Origin: Eledone cirrhosa
Taxonomy: Eukaryota
Length of the DNA stretch: 64,000 nt
Reading direction: 5' to 3'
Assembly: GCA_964016885.1 (NCBI GenBank)
Contig: OZ024753.1
Span: 44,206,001 to 44,270,000 of the forward strand
The notes below the pieces were generated by a model. It made no database searches. It saw only the letters and a program-made list of their open reading frames with translations, and had not been told where the DNA came from. Position 1 is the stretch's first letter, and the number at the start of each line of letters is the position of its first letter. Shown piece by piece: positions 39,748 through 53,140 of the stretch. A program made the translations under genes and the position numbers.

Positions 39748-39755
<8 letters not shown>
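39644..39755. repeat. Perfect 112-bp palindrome with no spacer
   Basis: 56-bp arms centred on CCCTT|AAGGG, checked base by base. Confidence 0.97.
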
Positions 39756-39787
<32 letters not shown>

Positions 39788-39862
39788 GTAAATTACATTT
39801 ATTTATATATATATAAATATATATATATATTTATATATATATATAAATATATATATATAAAT

Positions 39863-40170
39863 AAATGTAATTTGAGTTTTTCGAATATTAATAATAATAT
39901 TCGATTCGTTTGCAATTATGCAAACAAACCTCATTTTTAAAGCCATGTCAGTAGAATGAGCCCCTCATTCTTGCTCTTGTGTTGGCATGTAAACATCTAA
40001 CGAGGCTTGTTTCCATAATTGCAAATGAATCGAATATTTAAAGGTTAACTTTGCCTTTCATCCTTACGGGGTCGATAAAATAAAGTACCAGTAATACACT
40101 GGGTAATTTCTGGCCTTGTGCCAAACGTAGAAACAATTATTAATATTCGAAAAATTCAGATTACATCTAT
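39863..40170. mobile_element. Fold-back/MITE-like element with ~70-bp inverted arms, right arm split by a SINE B fragment (~40040-40140)
   Basis: TTTTTCGAATATTAATAAT-AATATTCGATTCGTTTGCAATTATG vs CATAATTGCAAATGAATCGAATATT [SINE] ATTATTAATATTCGAAAAA. Confidence 0.7.
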
Positions 40171-40331
40171 TGTATATTCAGCCATGTAGAGAGAAAACTA
40201 TATATTTATATATATATATATATATGGCTGTCTTTCATACAGTTTCACTTTACTAATTTTACTAAAGTTCATTCTCAAGGTATTGGCTGGTCCAAGGATA
40301 TAGTAGAAGATGCTATATTATTTTTGTGTTA

Positions 40332-40777
40332 TTAACTATTTAGCATTTAATCTGGCCTTATCCGGCCAGAATTCTCTCACCTCTTCCTGTTCAAACTGGT
40401 TGTAACTGGCCACTCATACTGATGTTAAGGTATTGTTCTCAACATAAATGATATCGAAATGTCATAGATTCGATATTATGTGAGATATTATGTGAGGTAA
40501 AGCCTTTACTGTGAAAATACAATAGTATATATAGAGTAATGTAAATGTTATGTGAGATATTATGTGAAGTAAAGCCTTTACTGTGAAAATACAATAGTAT
40601 ATATAGAGTAATGTAAATGTTATGTGAGATATTATGTAAGGTAAAGCCTTTACTGTGAAAATACAATAGTATATATAGAGTAATGTAAATGTTATGTGAG
40701 ATATTATGTAAGGTAAAGCCTTTACTGTGAAAATACAATAGTATATATATAGAGTAATGTAAATGCTAAAGAGTTAA
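40332..40777 (+). mobile_element. piggyBac-like MITE family 1 with 4 x 72 bp internal array
   Basis: TTAA-CTATTTAGCATTTA ... TAAATGCTAAAGAG-TTAA; units at 40499, 40571, 40643, 40715. Confidence 0.85.
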
Positions 40778-41412
40778 GGCAAAGGTCTTATCCCCCCAGT
40801 AATCAACGAGATTTTGATGAAGTTATTGTTTATTTTTAGAATGATATCTTAGTTTGGGTGTCTTTGGCTTGATTTGGCAGGTTTTGATTCTAAAGGGTTA
40901 AGGCGCCATTAACTGGAATAGAACCCCGAACCATATGATTGTAAAGTGAACTTATTAAATACATGGCCAAATTACATTTCAATATACAAACATATAGATT
41001 TTAAATTCAAATATTTTATGGGTATTGTATTGTATATTTGAGAAGTATCCTAATTCTGAATCGCTCAGTTTTAAATCTTTGCTGTGAATATGGTATCAGA
41101 TTCTTTTGGAAATATTACCTAAGGTCAACAGGTGTTCTTTCAAATGGAAGATTCACTTCTCCTTAATGCCAAGAGATCAGAACAAATCACCAGTTTTAAA
41201 AATTTCTTCAGATTTAAGAAACGTTGACATTTTCCCTTTCATTATTTGTATCATGTGTCTATTCAAAGTTGGGGCTACTTGATAATCCTTGCAATCACAA
41301 CAACTGGACAGTTCATCTTCTGTGTAACACACAGGTATATAAGATCTCTCAACTCACAAGTATAGCAACACGTTTCATTTCACTTACATTATATAATGAT
41401 ACTGTAGCTTAA

Positions 41413-41606
41413 ATAATTGTTTCTACTTTTGGCACAAGGCCAGCAATTATCCCAGTGCATTACTGGTACTTTATTTTATCGACCCCGTAAGAATGAAAGG
41501 CAAAGTTAACCTCGGCGGGATTTGAACACAGAATAGCAAGGACCGTAACTCTATGTGTCAAAGCATGGCATCCGACCCTCTACCGATACTGCCAATTCAC
41601 CACCCC
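41413..41606 (-). mobile_element. SINE family B, full length
   Basis: TGTTTCTAC..GGCACAAGGCC..TACTGCCAATTCACCACCC. Confidence 0.9.
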
Positions 41607-43769
41607 TAATAATATAATAATAATAATAAACATGTGCTTTCCCTCAAAGAAATCAATATCCTGGTTAAAAAATCTCTTTAATTACGCTTTACTTTAAAAT
41701 AACTTAAATTCATTAAATTTCACAGACCAATGGATCTACACTGCTGATTCATAAATTATAGAATTTGTTTTGTATGTTTTGTTTCACGAGACTATTTTTT
41801 ATGTTTTATTTTTAATTATTGTTTTCTGTTTATTTATTTATTTGTTTGTTTATTTATATATTTTTGAGCTATGTACTTTTGTTTACAAAATGAAGTAGAT
41901 GGAAAAAGAGGGGAAGATGATAGATTAGTGTGAGGGGGGATACAGGTATTTAGAGGGAAGGAGATAGTGGATGACAGAGAGATAGGGGGGATAGAAAGTG
42001 ATAGCTTGTTGGGAATAGTGAGAGAATAACAGGTATTTAGAGAGAAGGAGAGAGAGAGAGAGTGAGAGTGAGAGAGAATGGGGGACACGGGTAGAGAGAG
42101 AGAGAGTGTGTGAAAGAGAGAGAGGGGAGTGTGTCAAAAAGACAAAGAGAGAGAGAGGGAGAGAGAAAGAAAGAAATGCAGGCCTGAAGGCAGAAAGACA
42201 GAGAAATAGAAAAAGAGGAAAATATATAAGAACATATAGAGAGGTAATATGGTGGAGGTGGGGGTGGGGTGGCGTGGCGTGTGGTGGTGTGGGGTGGGGG
42301 TGGGCGTGCTGATTTGCTCCAGCAGGTTCTGATAGTCAGTTTATGATTTGTAAAACTAATGAAAGTATTTTGAAAAACTAAAACTAAAAGAAAAACATTG
42401 GAAGTAATTTCCTACAAACATGAGGAATGGTGTCCAGTCAGAAAGAGCCGTAGTCATCATCATCATCATCATTTTACATCCGCTTTTCCCTGCTTGCAAG
42501 ATACAAGAATTCTTCATCTCTTCTAAATATATGAGTCTACTACAGCCATCACTTGCAAATGGGTATGACTTGGTAGGATGTACCATGCCTTCACTAAAGA
42601 TTTTAGATACCAATTGTTGTTGTGAGCAGACACTGATACCTGCTCGAGTCTCTCTTCTTTGATATGGTAGAACTAATATCCAGGATGTGACAGCTGGGAG
42701 GAGAGAAAGGGCTGCTCCTAGGCAGGGATGGTTTGATCCAGCGTAACACACATCCAGGATGTGTCAGCTGGAAGGAGAGAAAGGGCTGCACCAGGGCTGG
42801 GATGGGGCTTGCTGATACTGACTGTCAGTCACAACTCCTGGTAGAAAAAAGAAGCTGATCATCAGATCTGACCAAGGAAAGAATGTTTCTATTGGTCTTC
42901 CCATTGCCGATACTACTTATTAACTGCAACTCTAGGTAGAAGAAAGAAGAGGAGCTGATTGTCAGACCAGATCAAAGAATCTGTTTCCATTTGTGTTTCC
43001 ATTGCTGATTATATTTGCCAGTCACAACTTTGAGTAGAAGGAAGCAATGTTCAAACTCAGAACACACAAAGCCAGGTTAGATGTGCCATAAAGAGTCTTC
43101 TCCAACTCTTCCACAAGACTGTCAACCCACCATCTCCTCGACTGGACTGTTACATTATTTAATGACCTCAAAGGGATGAAAGGTAAAGTTGACCATGGTA
43201 GAATTTGAATTCTGAGCACAAAGAGCTGTAATAAATTCTGAGTCATTTTCTTGCACCATTCTAACAGCTCAGCCAGTTGTCTGTCAGTTGTCTGTCATTA
43301 TAGGAGAGGAAATGAAATACTTTACAGTTATTATTTCTTAACGAGCATTAGCTCTGCAGATGATATTGGCAGCTTCAATTAAAAATGAAAATCACATCAC
43401 AAAAATAACTCAGCAAAAGCTTATCTTTTAGTGTACAACTCTTAAAATGAGGTAGAAAATATCTTAATAACTAACACTATGATGTTGGATAATATTCAAT
43501 AAATATAAATTAATGTATTGAACAGTTATGGGGAAATATGAAATTTGTTTATGGCAATAACATATTTTATCTACTAAATATAACGTATAAAACTGGCTAG
43601 TTACTCATTACGAAATATAGATTTCGGTAATAATGAAATGGAATAAAATGGGCCTCTGTCGGTCTCAACAATGATTATTTCCAGTTTTTGCACAATAGAA
43701 CAGTTGTTTAGGAGATTCAGCACCACATATCACGTGATAAGGCTGGCCGTTTGAATTACATGTACAGTC

Positions 43770-43920
43770 CAAATAATGGGCTTCTATACAGCTTCTGTCA
43801 ACCAATTTCACTCACAAGGCATGGATCAACCTGAGGCTATGGTAAACAACACTTGTTCAAGATTTCACACAGGGAGATAAAACCTGGTTTCAAATGAGTG
43901 TGACACAATTCTCTTAACCC
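43770..43920 (-). mobile_element. Old tRNA-derived SINE, diverged
   Basis: CACTCACAAGGC..GAGGCTAT.GTA..ACACTTG..CAAG; a related copy is split at 40225-40313 and 40880-40970. Confidence 0.55.
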
Positions 43921-44112
43921 CAGATCAAAGATCAAATGGTTACATAGAATACTCTAATCAAACCTCTTCTGATTAAGCACAATTGTTATATGTTGCCAGT
44001 TTATTAAGCCCACCCTATAGCTATAACAGCTTCTCTCCATCAGAGAGAGCTTGTTGCATATACCAGCCACGGTTGCATCTCTCCTCTTTTCCCCTCTACT
44101 TATATCCTACAA

Positions 44113-44357
44113 TAATCCTTTCATTACCATATTTCCAATGAAATACTCTATATTTCAATTACTTATTGAAGAATTTTGAGAAATTTACTAAAACTATTAA
44201 TTATTTTATTACTAAGGCAGTGTTTGTAACATAATAAATTGTTCTAATATAAAATTATGTTGGAAGATTTTAATTTAAATAGGAATCTTTTCAAATGTTT
44301 GTTTTGTTTTGTAGAATCAGATCTGGTTTGAGGGCAAGTTTATATCAATATGGTTAC
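44113..44357 (+). mobile_element. MITE family 2 copy, diverged
   Basis: TAATCCTTTCATTACCATATTTCCAATGAAATAC ... TATCAATATGGTTA. Confidence 0.6.
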
Positions 44358-45341
44358 TCATGTATTCTAATCTTTCTACATCAGAACAATGACTGTATAC
44401 ACTCCTACATACCAACTACTTTATATAAAATGCACTGAATTTAAATTATTATGGCATTATCCCAGTAAGACACCAGGACTGTGATCCCTTTGGAATTCTT
44501 TCCTCACTCTCACACACCCTTTCTCACTGTAGATGTCAATGTACGGAAGTTCAACTACAATAATCTCACCAGCCCAGAAGGATCTACAAAAGCCTTCCTG
44601 TTTTTCTTCTTCATATTGCCAAAAAGAAAATTAAAAAGAAGCAACAGCCTAAATTCTAAAATTGCTAAACTGAATCAAATTAAATGAATGACAGACGAAA
44701 TAATTTTTTTTTCCCCCTTCATTCTAAATGACCTTTACTCTTTATTTTCCTTATATTTGAGACTAAAATAGACATAATTTTTTTATGATGATTTACATTA
44801 AGATAAACATTTCCTGTTTATAAAAGAAATTTTCCCTGGGGAGTTATAATAAAGAAAATATTTAGTGTATTCTATTCAGAGCTACATTTATTTGGTTTAT
44901 TTTACATTTTGCTGGTTTCAGAAAATATGAAATGAATGTCTTTTTATTTTTCATAAACTAATAAAGATGGTTATGAGGTACGGTATAGGCTGACACATAA
45001 GGAATGGTTGAAATTTATTATTATTATTATTTATTGTATATAGTCACTTAATTTGGTTTCATAATAAGCTAATTAATATTTTATACTCCCGGGTCCCATT
45101 CAGGTTGGTTTTGCCCATAACAAGTCTGGCCAGCAATTCTTTCCCCAAGACCTTCTAACCATAGTATCAGAGATATGATCTCTTAATTTGGAGAAACAGT
45201 GGCTCTACCTCGAGCAACTCTTTGATCCCTGAGCAATGCATTCTATCAAGTAATGTTATTCCAAAGATTCTTCAGAGGAACCCATTTTAGTCGCTTGTAT
45301 TCGCAATCATATTGTTGGGTAAGAGATGACTTATTCTTTGT

Positions 45342-45471
45342 CTTCTTCACCCACTTATTCCTGAGAGGGTCATGGGGGGGGGGGTCTTCAAACACTCCTT
45401 CCAGCGGGTCCTGTCAGAAACAACTGCCTTCCACTGATCCGACTGGATCCCCAAGATTTAGCCTAAAGGTA
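45342..45471 (-). repeat. Dispersed repeat D, second copy
   Basis: CCCACTTATTCCTGAGAG..GGTCCTGTCAGAA..CTGGATCCCCAAGATTTAGCCTAAAGGTAT. Confidence 0.7.
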
Positions 45472-46145
45472 TAAACTGAATCATAAAATATAGCCGAAAA
45501 CCTTTTCCACTTTTATACCACAAAGTAAAGTTTAACACCAACTTTTATCTGTCTTGTGCTGCAGTATTTCAACTCCAATTTTTCTGAAGGATATATTCAT
45601 TGAGCTGAATCTAATGAGAAACCTAAACTGAACCAATATGTTCGTCCTTCAGGTGTTCACAGGTAGAGGATTTCAGTATTTATTCTTCACAGTTGTAACA
45701 TTCTTTCAATTTGATATGTGAGCAATTTAAGAGTAGATTTAATGACCAAAGAAAATGTATGATAATCTTCCTCAGCTGAAGGTTTCCCATTGATGATAAG
45801 TCTCCAAGAGAATCAAGTCACACGCCTGCATGCCCCCTCCACCCTGCCACACATGCACACACTTGTACACACACATAGACACACAGGCAGATACACACAC
45901 ATACACAAACATACATACACTCAGACACTGACATGCGCGCGCACACACACACACACACACAGAGAGATACCCAAACACATAAACAGATACACACACACAC
46001 ACATACTCACACAGACACAAACAGACATATATACACACACATGCATGCCCACAAACACATACATACACGCATGTACACAGATACACACACAGACAGATAG
46101 ACATGCACAGACATGCACACATGCAAACACACACACACACACACA

Positions 46146-46180
<35 letters not shown>

Positions 46181-46958
46181 TATCTTAAAAGCTGTCAGGA
46201 CTAAATGAAGTAATATTTGATGTGTAATACTGTTCATGTTTGCAGGCAGAATGAATTATGTCTGAAGCCATGCAGTAGATAAAATAGAAATTTTGGTAGC
46301 TGTGTCTAATCAATTATTTAGAACTGGTCATAGAAGAACACAATGCTTATTTCGGCTGATAAAGTTGGTAATTATCTTTAGCAGATGCAAAGAAATCATC
46401 AGAGGTTTCAGTGTGTTTTTAACAACAAATCACCACCATTTTATCCTTCGCTCTTCTCTACTCCACCTTCCACTCTACACCTTCCTTCCTCATCTGCCTC
46501 CTACTCTACACCTTCCCAGACACCACACAGAAGTTTGGCTACAATTCTAATTTAAAGCTGGATTGGATTAATGTTATATTCATGGTTCTTCATTTCTAGT
46601 TTGAAAGCAACAAGAGGAATTTGTTTTCTTGGTTCTATCAAAATTCTTATCTTATTCACTCATATATCCTTTATCTGAAGACAAGTTTCGTTGATGCCTA
46701 ATAGAAATTCCATGACACTCATGAGTTCTGATAGACAGGAGATTATTTTGTATGGGTTTGTTGTTGTTGTTGTTGTATTACCGATATTGTTGTTGTTGTT
46801 GTTACTGTTGTTTCAGCAATACTGCTTGGTACACACTTATAAAAATAAATTTCAACTGAATATTGCTGTGAATGGTGAATTTATGAATATTGAATATTTG
46901 GGAGAAAGAGAATATAAAGTTTATTAGAAAATACAGCATTAGATGTTACATTGCTGTT

Positions 46959-47172
46959 TACATGAGAAGAGAGTCAGCTGAAAAGTTCATAGGCTGAGTA
47001 TAAAGGATTGATGCTAGAGCTGTGAAATCTTGCATGCATTAATTTCAATTCTTCTTATTAATAACTGCATTGTTTCTTTTCAAGGACTATTATGTTGAAA
47101 AATAAACCTCATTTGGTCATTCCATGAGAGTATCATGGTCAGCCTCTGAACTTTTCAGCCAACCCTCATGTA
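46959..47172. mobile_element. Tc1/mariner-like MITE
   Basis: TIRs GCTGAAAAGTTCATAGGCTGA / TCAGCCTCTGAACTTTTCAGC; outer TACATGAG / CTCATGTA with TA ends. Confidence 0.75.
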
Positions 47173-47583
47173 TATATCAGTAAGTCAATGAGGTCTGGGA
47201 TCTTGTTAATTGATGTAACAACAACATAACAACTCAAGAAAATAGAAAGAATAGTTGACAAAGACAGCTACAGGAATTGAACCATGTAACTGTCATATAC
47301 GAGACAGGCTATAGTTTTGTAAAGCCACAAAACTGAGCTATGTATCAAGGTTTTTAAATTTGTTATTTGGTGTGTTTATCAACCAGCTTTGTAACTGAAT
47401 GACTTAAAACTGTTCCATCCCTAGTTTCACAATATAAAACTTTATATTTATTCATACAGCTTCTAATATAGTTTTATATAAGAACCTTTAAGTTATGTTC
47501 CAAATACCAGCTTAATAATGAGTTAGTTATCTTACTAAATCCTGCTTCCTTGATTTTATTTGAAAATATTTGAAAACCATAGG

Positions 47584-47723
47584 CATGGACACACTGGAAG
47601 AGGAAGACTGAGGTTAACATATGTTGATGCCCTAAAGACAGACACTGGTCTCTTGGAGACACAGGACATGGCAGCGATAATAAGGGACAGAGACCGCTGG
47701 AGATAACTCACCCATGGATCTCG
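47584..47723 (+). pseudogene. RTE-clade LINE C-terminal fragment (second family)
   Basis: HGHTGRGRLRLTYVDALKTDTGLLETQDMAAIIRDRDRWR*. Confidence 0.75.
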
Positions 47724-48979
47724 GGAATTTTACCTGCCATAGATAGGCAAGCAGTGTCTTTCATTAGAAATATAGAAACAAAAGGATTAATAATATCATG
47801 TGAATTGATCGGTATAATTTACTTCGATATTACATCACATAAATATGAAAATAAAAATACATTTTGGTGTATTATTTAATAGAAGAATTAATTAAACAAT
47901 GCATTTCAAAGTATAGACTACAATCTTAACTATATATATGTTACTTTCTAGAATACAATCATAGAATTAGGAGAAAAAATAAAGCTGGTGCTATGTATTA
48001 ATCTAATATGAATCTTCTGGATAAACCTCTATTTATTGTAAGCTATATTAAAAGAGAAAAGGTATGAAAATCTCACATGATATTGCTCTCACTCGCACAC
48101 AAAAGCTTTTTTAAAGGAAGAATATTAAAATTTTAAGGAAAACTTATTGGATTTTTAAAAACTTTCTTAATTTCATCTTGATTTAATAACAGTGTATAAA
48201 AATTCAATAGGTAATCTTTTGATAAAGTTCCTAAATATCTATAAACCTATAATAGTTTTTGATAAATGTATTTTATTAAAATTCTGAAAATAATTGTAAG
48301 CTTCCTTTAAAATAAATTTTATGCAAAAGGGTTTTTCTTTTCTTTTCGTTAGTGGAAATTTTACTCGGCCCTCATTAAAGTATGCTAATACAGCCAGGTA
48401 AAAGAGAGGTAGTACTAAGTTATCATGAAGTAATTTCAAGTTTACATTTTAACAAGTACATATACTTATATAAGTTTTTAGACAGTTTGTTTGAAAATGA
48501 TTTAAAATTTGAATGCAGGTGTAATTATAGCTGTAGGTAAAAGATGTATAATCCATTCTTTACCAAATTGCTTGATATGCTAGAGTAAACAGCCAAATCA
48601 TCCTCAAATCACACCTTACTGCCTTACATATCATTTCTTGTGAGGCAGAAGCTCTGAAATGGTTTCCAATATTTTCCCACTGACCACAGGTCTCTGTTCT
48701 TTGAGGTATTTTTGCCCATTGCTGTCTTTGATAGCATTTAGCTGCTTTAATGGCTGTTCTAGCGATGAGTATGTATATAATATGTAAATATATTTATTGT
48801 AAAGAAATATATTACATAAAATGTGGATTATACTTACAGGTAGGGGGAAAACATTGGTGTTGTATTTTAAATGTCTCTAGTACAAAACAATGATGAGGAA
48901 TAGAAGCAAATAAGTTGAAAACAAAACTAAGAAAATAGGGAAAAAGGAAATATATATAAAAATCGAATGTATATATATA

Positions 48980-49201
48980 GACAGTCCACGCTGTAATGTG
49001 GCCGTGTAGGCAACACGGTAAAAACCTCCCAGCCCCACACTGTAATTGTGGTTGGTGTTAGGAAGGGCATCCAACTGTAGAAAACCCGCCAGACAGTCCT
49101 ACGCGAGCAAGACAACCACTCTTGCCTCAAGTGGGAAAACTCCCGTCCAAACCCATGCAAGCATGGAACACGGACGTTAAACGATGATGATGATGATGAT
49201 G

Positions 49202-49203
<2 letters not shown>
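48980..49203 (+). mobile_element. Family C copy, 5'-truncated
   Basis: Matches 10611-10838. Confidence 0.88.
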
Positions 49204-49232
<29 letters not shown>

Positions 49233-49777
49233 TTTTTCACACAAATTTGCTATCAGGGAAATAAGCAGGTGTAAAACAATGATATATATATATGTAAAAA
49301 GTAAACAGAAATAACAAAGCAAATGACACAGTACTATATATATATAGAGAGAGAGAGAGACATTGTAGGGGGTGGGGTGTAAGTATTGTAGAAGTAACTC
49401 CTCTTACAGAATTCAAAACAGGGTTTAAAGAGGATACATTTGTGCTGGAACAGACAATGGATAAAAACAAACAATAAATATAATATAATATAATATAATA
49501 TATAGAAATAAAATGACTTAAAATGATCAACAAAATTGGAAGAATTAAGAGAAAAAAATGGTGCTGCTGTTATGTATTAAGCTAACATGAATCCTCTTGC
49601 AAAACATTTTATTTATTGTAAGCCATATGAATCTTTCATATCAACGATACACATCAGAGTTTTATGATGTTGAAAGATATCATTCTTAACGGTTGTCCAT
49701 ATACTTTGTTTCAACATACATACACACATAGACATATATAGTTACATATGTGTATATACACACATACACACATATAG

Positions 49778-49852
<75 letters not shown>

Positions 49853-50048
49853 GACACATATAGTATATATATATATACATGCATACATAGACGCATATAC
49901 TTATATATATATATATACATAGACACATATAGTACATATATATATATACATGCATACATAGACACATATACTTACATATATATATATTCATGGACACATA
50001 TAGTTACATATATATATATATATACATATACTCATAGACACATATAGT

Positions 50049-50080
<32 letters not shown>

Positions 50081-50095
50081 GACACATATAGTTAC

Positions 50096-50126
<31 letters not shown>

Positions 50127-52911
50127 CATATATACATAGACACATATAGTTACATATATACACATAAACACAGACACATATAGTTACATATATATACATA
50201 TATACATACATATATATATACATATATACATAAACACATATAGTTACATATATATATATACAGATACACATATAACATTGATTCATATTCACATATGTTC
50301 ATATTCAGTGATGTGTCTGTACACACAGCTGTTTAAACACATATAACTACATATACACACACACACCATTTTATTTACATATACACCTATACATATTCAC
50401 ATATATAGATGTATATACACAGCTACTTATACCGATATAACTGCATACGCATACACACAGCAACTTATTTTTATGTGCATTTATACATATTCACATATAT
50501 AGATGTTATACACAGCTGCTTATACACATGTACACTCATACATATTCACATATATAACTGCATATGTACACATATACATGTTGACATACACATGTATTTT
50601 AATGTTGAAGATGTGTTGTATAATATAATGTAAAGGATGCTGGCTGTTAACTAGTGAAGAATAGGGAACATTTTTAGTGTTTGGGAAAAGAAATAAATGT
50701 CTATATGTGTATATATATATGTGTGTATATATATATAAATATGTATGTATATATGTATATATATATATATAAACCTCTGTGTGTTTAAGAGAGAGAGAGA
50801 CAAAGTATAAACTATTGAACAGCAAACGAAATGAATATTTCTTCCTATTCAGACAAACATTTTAAATTTGGAATATGTGTCTCTGTTGTTGTTAGTGTTT
50901 GTTTTCACAAAGGAATTGAGAAAGTTTGCTGTTTGTTAGAAAGTGTGTGAATGATACAGTTTCAAACAATATTTATTGTATAATAAAATAGAATAATTTA
51001 CTAGAAGCTTCTCTAATATCTATAGTTGTCTTTTTTTTTTTTAAACTTAACCATGAATAAAGGCAAATAGACTCAAATACAGGTAAAAACAACACATCAT
51101 AAATATTCAGTACCTTTTTTCATACATTTACTGTCAATTTAATAAGTGAATAAGTGTTGATGTTCTCTCTCTTTCACTCACTGCCTCTGTCTCTCTCACT
51201 CTCCCCACCTCTCTCTGTTATCAGCAAATGGGAGGCCATGGGCTGGCTACCCCATGGCCCCAAAAGACAGAATAGAGAAGGCGTTTCCCCAGAGGAAATC
51301 AAACGTGGTGAGCTTAAAAACACTTCCAGTGGTAGCTAGATTTTGTGCTCTGCTATTCATGCACACTAACATTTCACATCCAATGGGGCATACTCATTTA
51401 ATTTCGTTTTTTTCCATTCATCACATACATGTCTCATGCCACACTAACATGTAGTATTGAACTTTGTGCTCAGGCAATATACAATCTACCTTTCATTCTA
51501 TGGGAGAAACTGGATTCCTTACAAAATAGGTCAAGTGTAGAGCTTGGTATTCAGCCAAATTCAACATTTTCACCAGTTCCTCAATAATATATTGAGATGG
51601 CTTTTAATGCTGTCAATAATAATGACAATACTTAACTTCTCTGAATACCAATTTAGGTGAACTCTAGTAGAATTTCACTTCACAAATATAAGGCAGCAAA
51701 ACTCATAAATTATTTCGTCTTGTGTTCTACTTTGAACCATCATTTCTCATTGATTAGTTTTCCATCTATTATACTAACTAGACATTTCATCTTTGAATAG
51801 AGTGAGTTGTGTGCAGTGAATACCGGTGTTTAAAAATCACAGCTATATCCATTGAAATGTTCCTACATTTAAAACATAATACATCATCCAACTCTAATTT
51901 GTTACATTAGCTGCAGACTTTCAATTTTAAAATCATTACAGACAATAAGTCTCCCATCAATACCATTTGCAGGAAAAAAAAAAAAAATCAAACAAACTAA
52001 ATAAAATAAAATAAAAAGGAATAAAGAAATTTACATTCTATTTGTATATTATTAATGAATCACATTTACATATATAGAGAGAATTTGGAAACCTTCTGAG
52101 CAATCTTGTGATAAAATACACTGAAATTAATTTCAACTTCCCTCTCAAGATAGTTGAGGAAATAATTATCTTTTAGCTCTACTATATTTCACTGGTGTTA
52201 GACAGCAGATATTAACTGTAGAATACTTACCAGTAAGGTGTCTGCTCTAGATTAAAATCTACAACAGCACATACAAACCAATCTTCTTCATTCCTTGCCT
52301 GCAGTGTTATATCCAGAAAACTAATCTCGAGATTTTCTGAATAAAATCACAAAATCTTCATACATGGATTGCGTATTTTTATCCAACAGTGATTGTTCAT
52401 GCTTTTACCTAAGCTGGCAAATTAATTTTTCTGGCCTTTAGGCTAAAATATAAAGGATTATATGTCTAGATGTTTATAAGGTGATAACTTACCAACTGGA
52501 AAAATATACTGAGAATTTGGATATTTACAAGAATTGTTGACATAACCATTTATGTATAAATAAATAAATAAATAAACAAACAAATAAAGGTATTTTCCAA
52601 TATGAAACTATTTACTGTTTGATTCAACAGAATTTGATATTTTCTATTAGATTTATTAAGGGTAGTAAGCTGCTGTTTTCACATGAAGTATTGTGAGATA
52701 TGTAATATGTGATAAAGAAGTTTAGAAAGCCAGTATAATTGTGATATGTAACAGATGCAATGAGGTTAGCAACAAACACACCAGCACGGAAGAATTCCAA
52801 AGAGTTCCAACTTCTCTGACCAAACATTAGTTAAATAAAGTAACTCCCAGTCCTTAGAATGTTTAATTTGTGGTCTTGTGCAAATGTTAGATATTTTGAT
52901 TTTATAGCAGT

Positions 52912-53140
52912 TTAACCATTTAGCATTTAAACCGGCCATATCCAGCCAGAATTCTCTCACTGCTTTTTGTTCAAACCAGCCATAACTGGCCACTCATACT
53001 GGTGTTAAGGTATTATTTTCAGCATAAATAATATCAAAATCTCATAGCTTCGATATTATGTGAGACAATTATGTGAGGTAAAGCCTTTACTGTGAGAATA
53101 TAATAGTATATATAGAGTAATGTAAATTCTAAAGGGTTAA
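52912..53140 (+). mobile_element. TTAA-flanked piggyBac-like MITE family 1, single-unit form
   Basis: TTAA-CCATTTAGCATTTA ... TAAATTCTAAAGGG-TTAA terminal inverted repeats. Confidence 0.8.

Noticed and set aside
49621-49660. Minus-strand CTGATGT-GTATC gtt GATAT-GAAA
   Set aside because: Core mismatch and no helix I or III.
51234-51259. GGCCATGGG..CCCATGGCC hairpin as an HDV-like ribozyme
   Set aside because: No nested pseudoknot elements found; the related copy near 57810 does not keep the stem.
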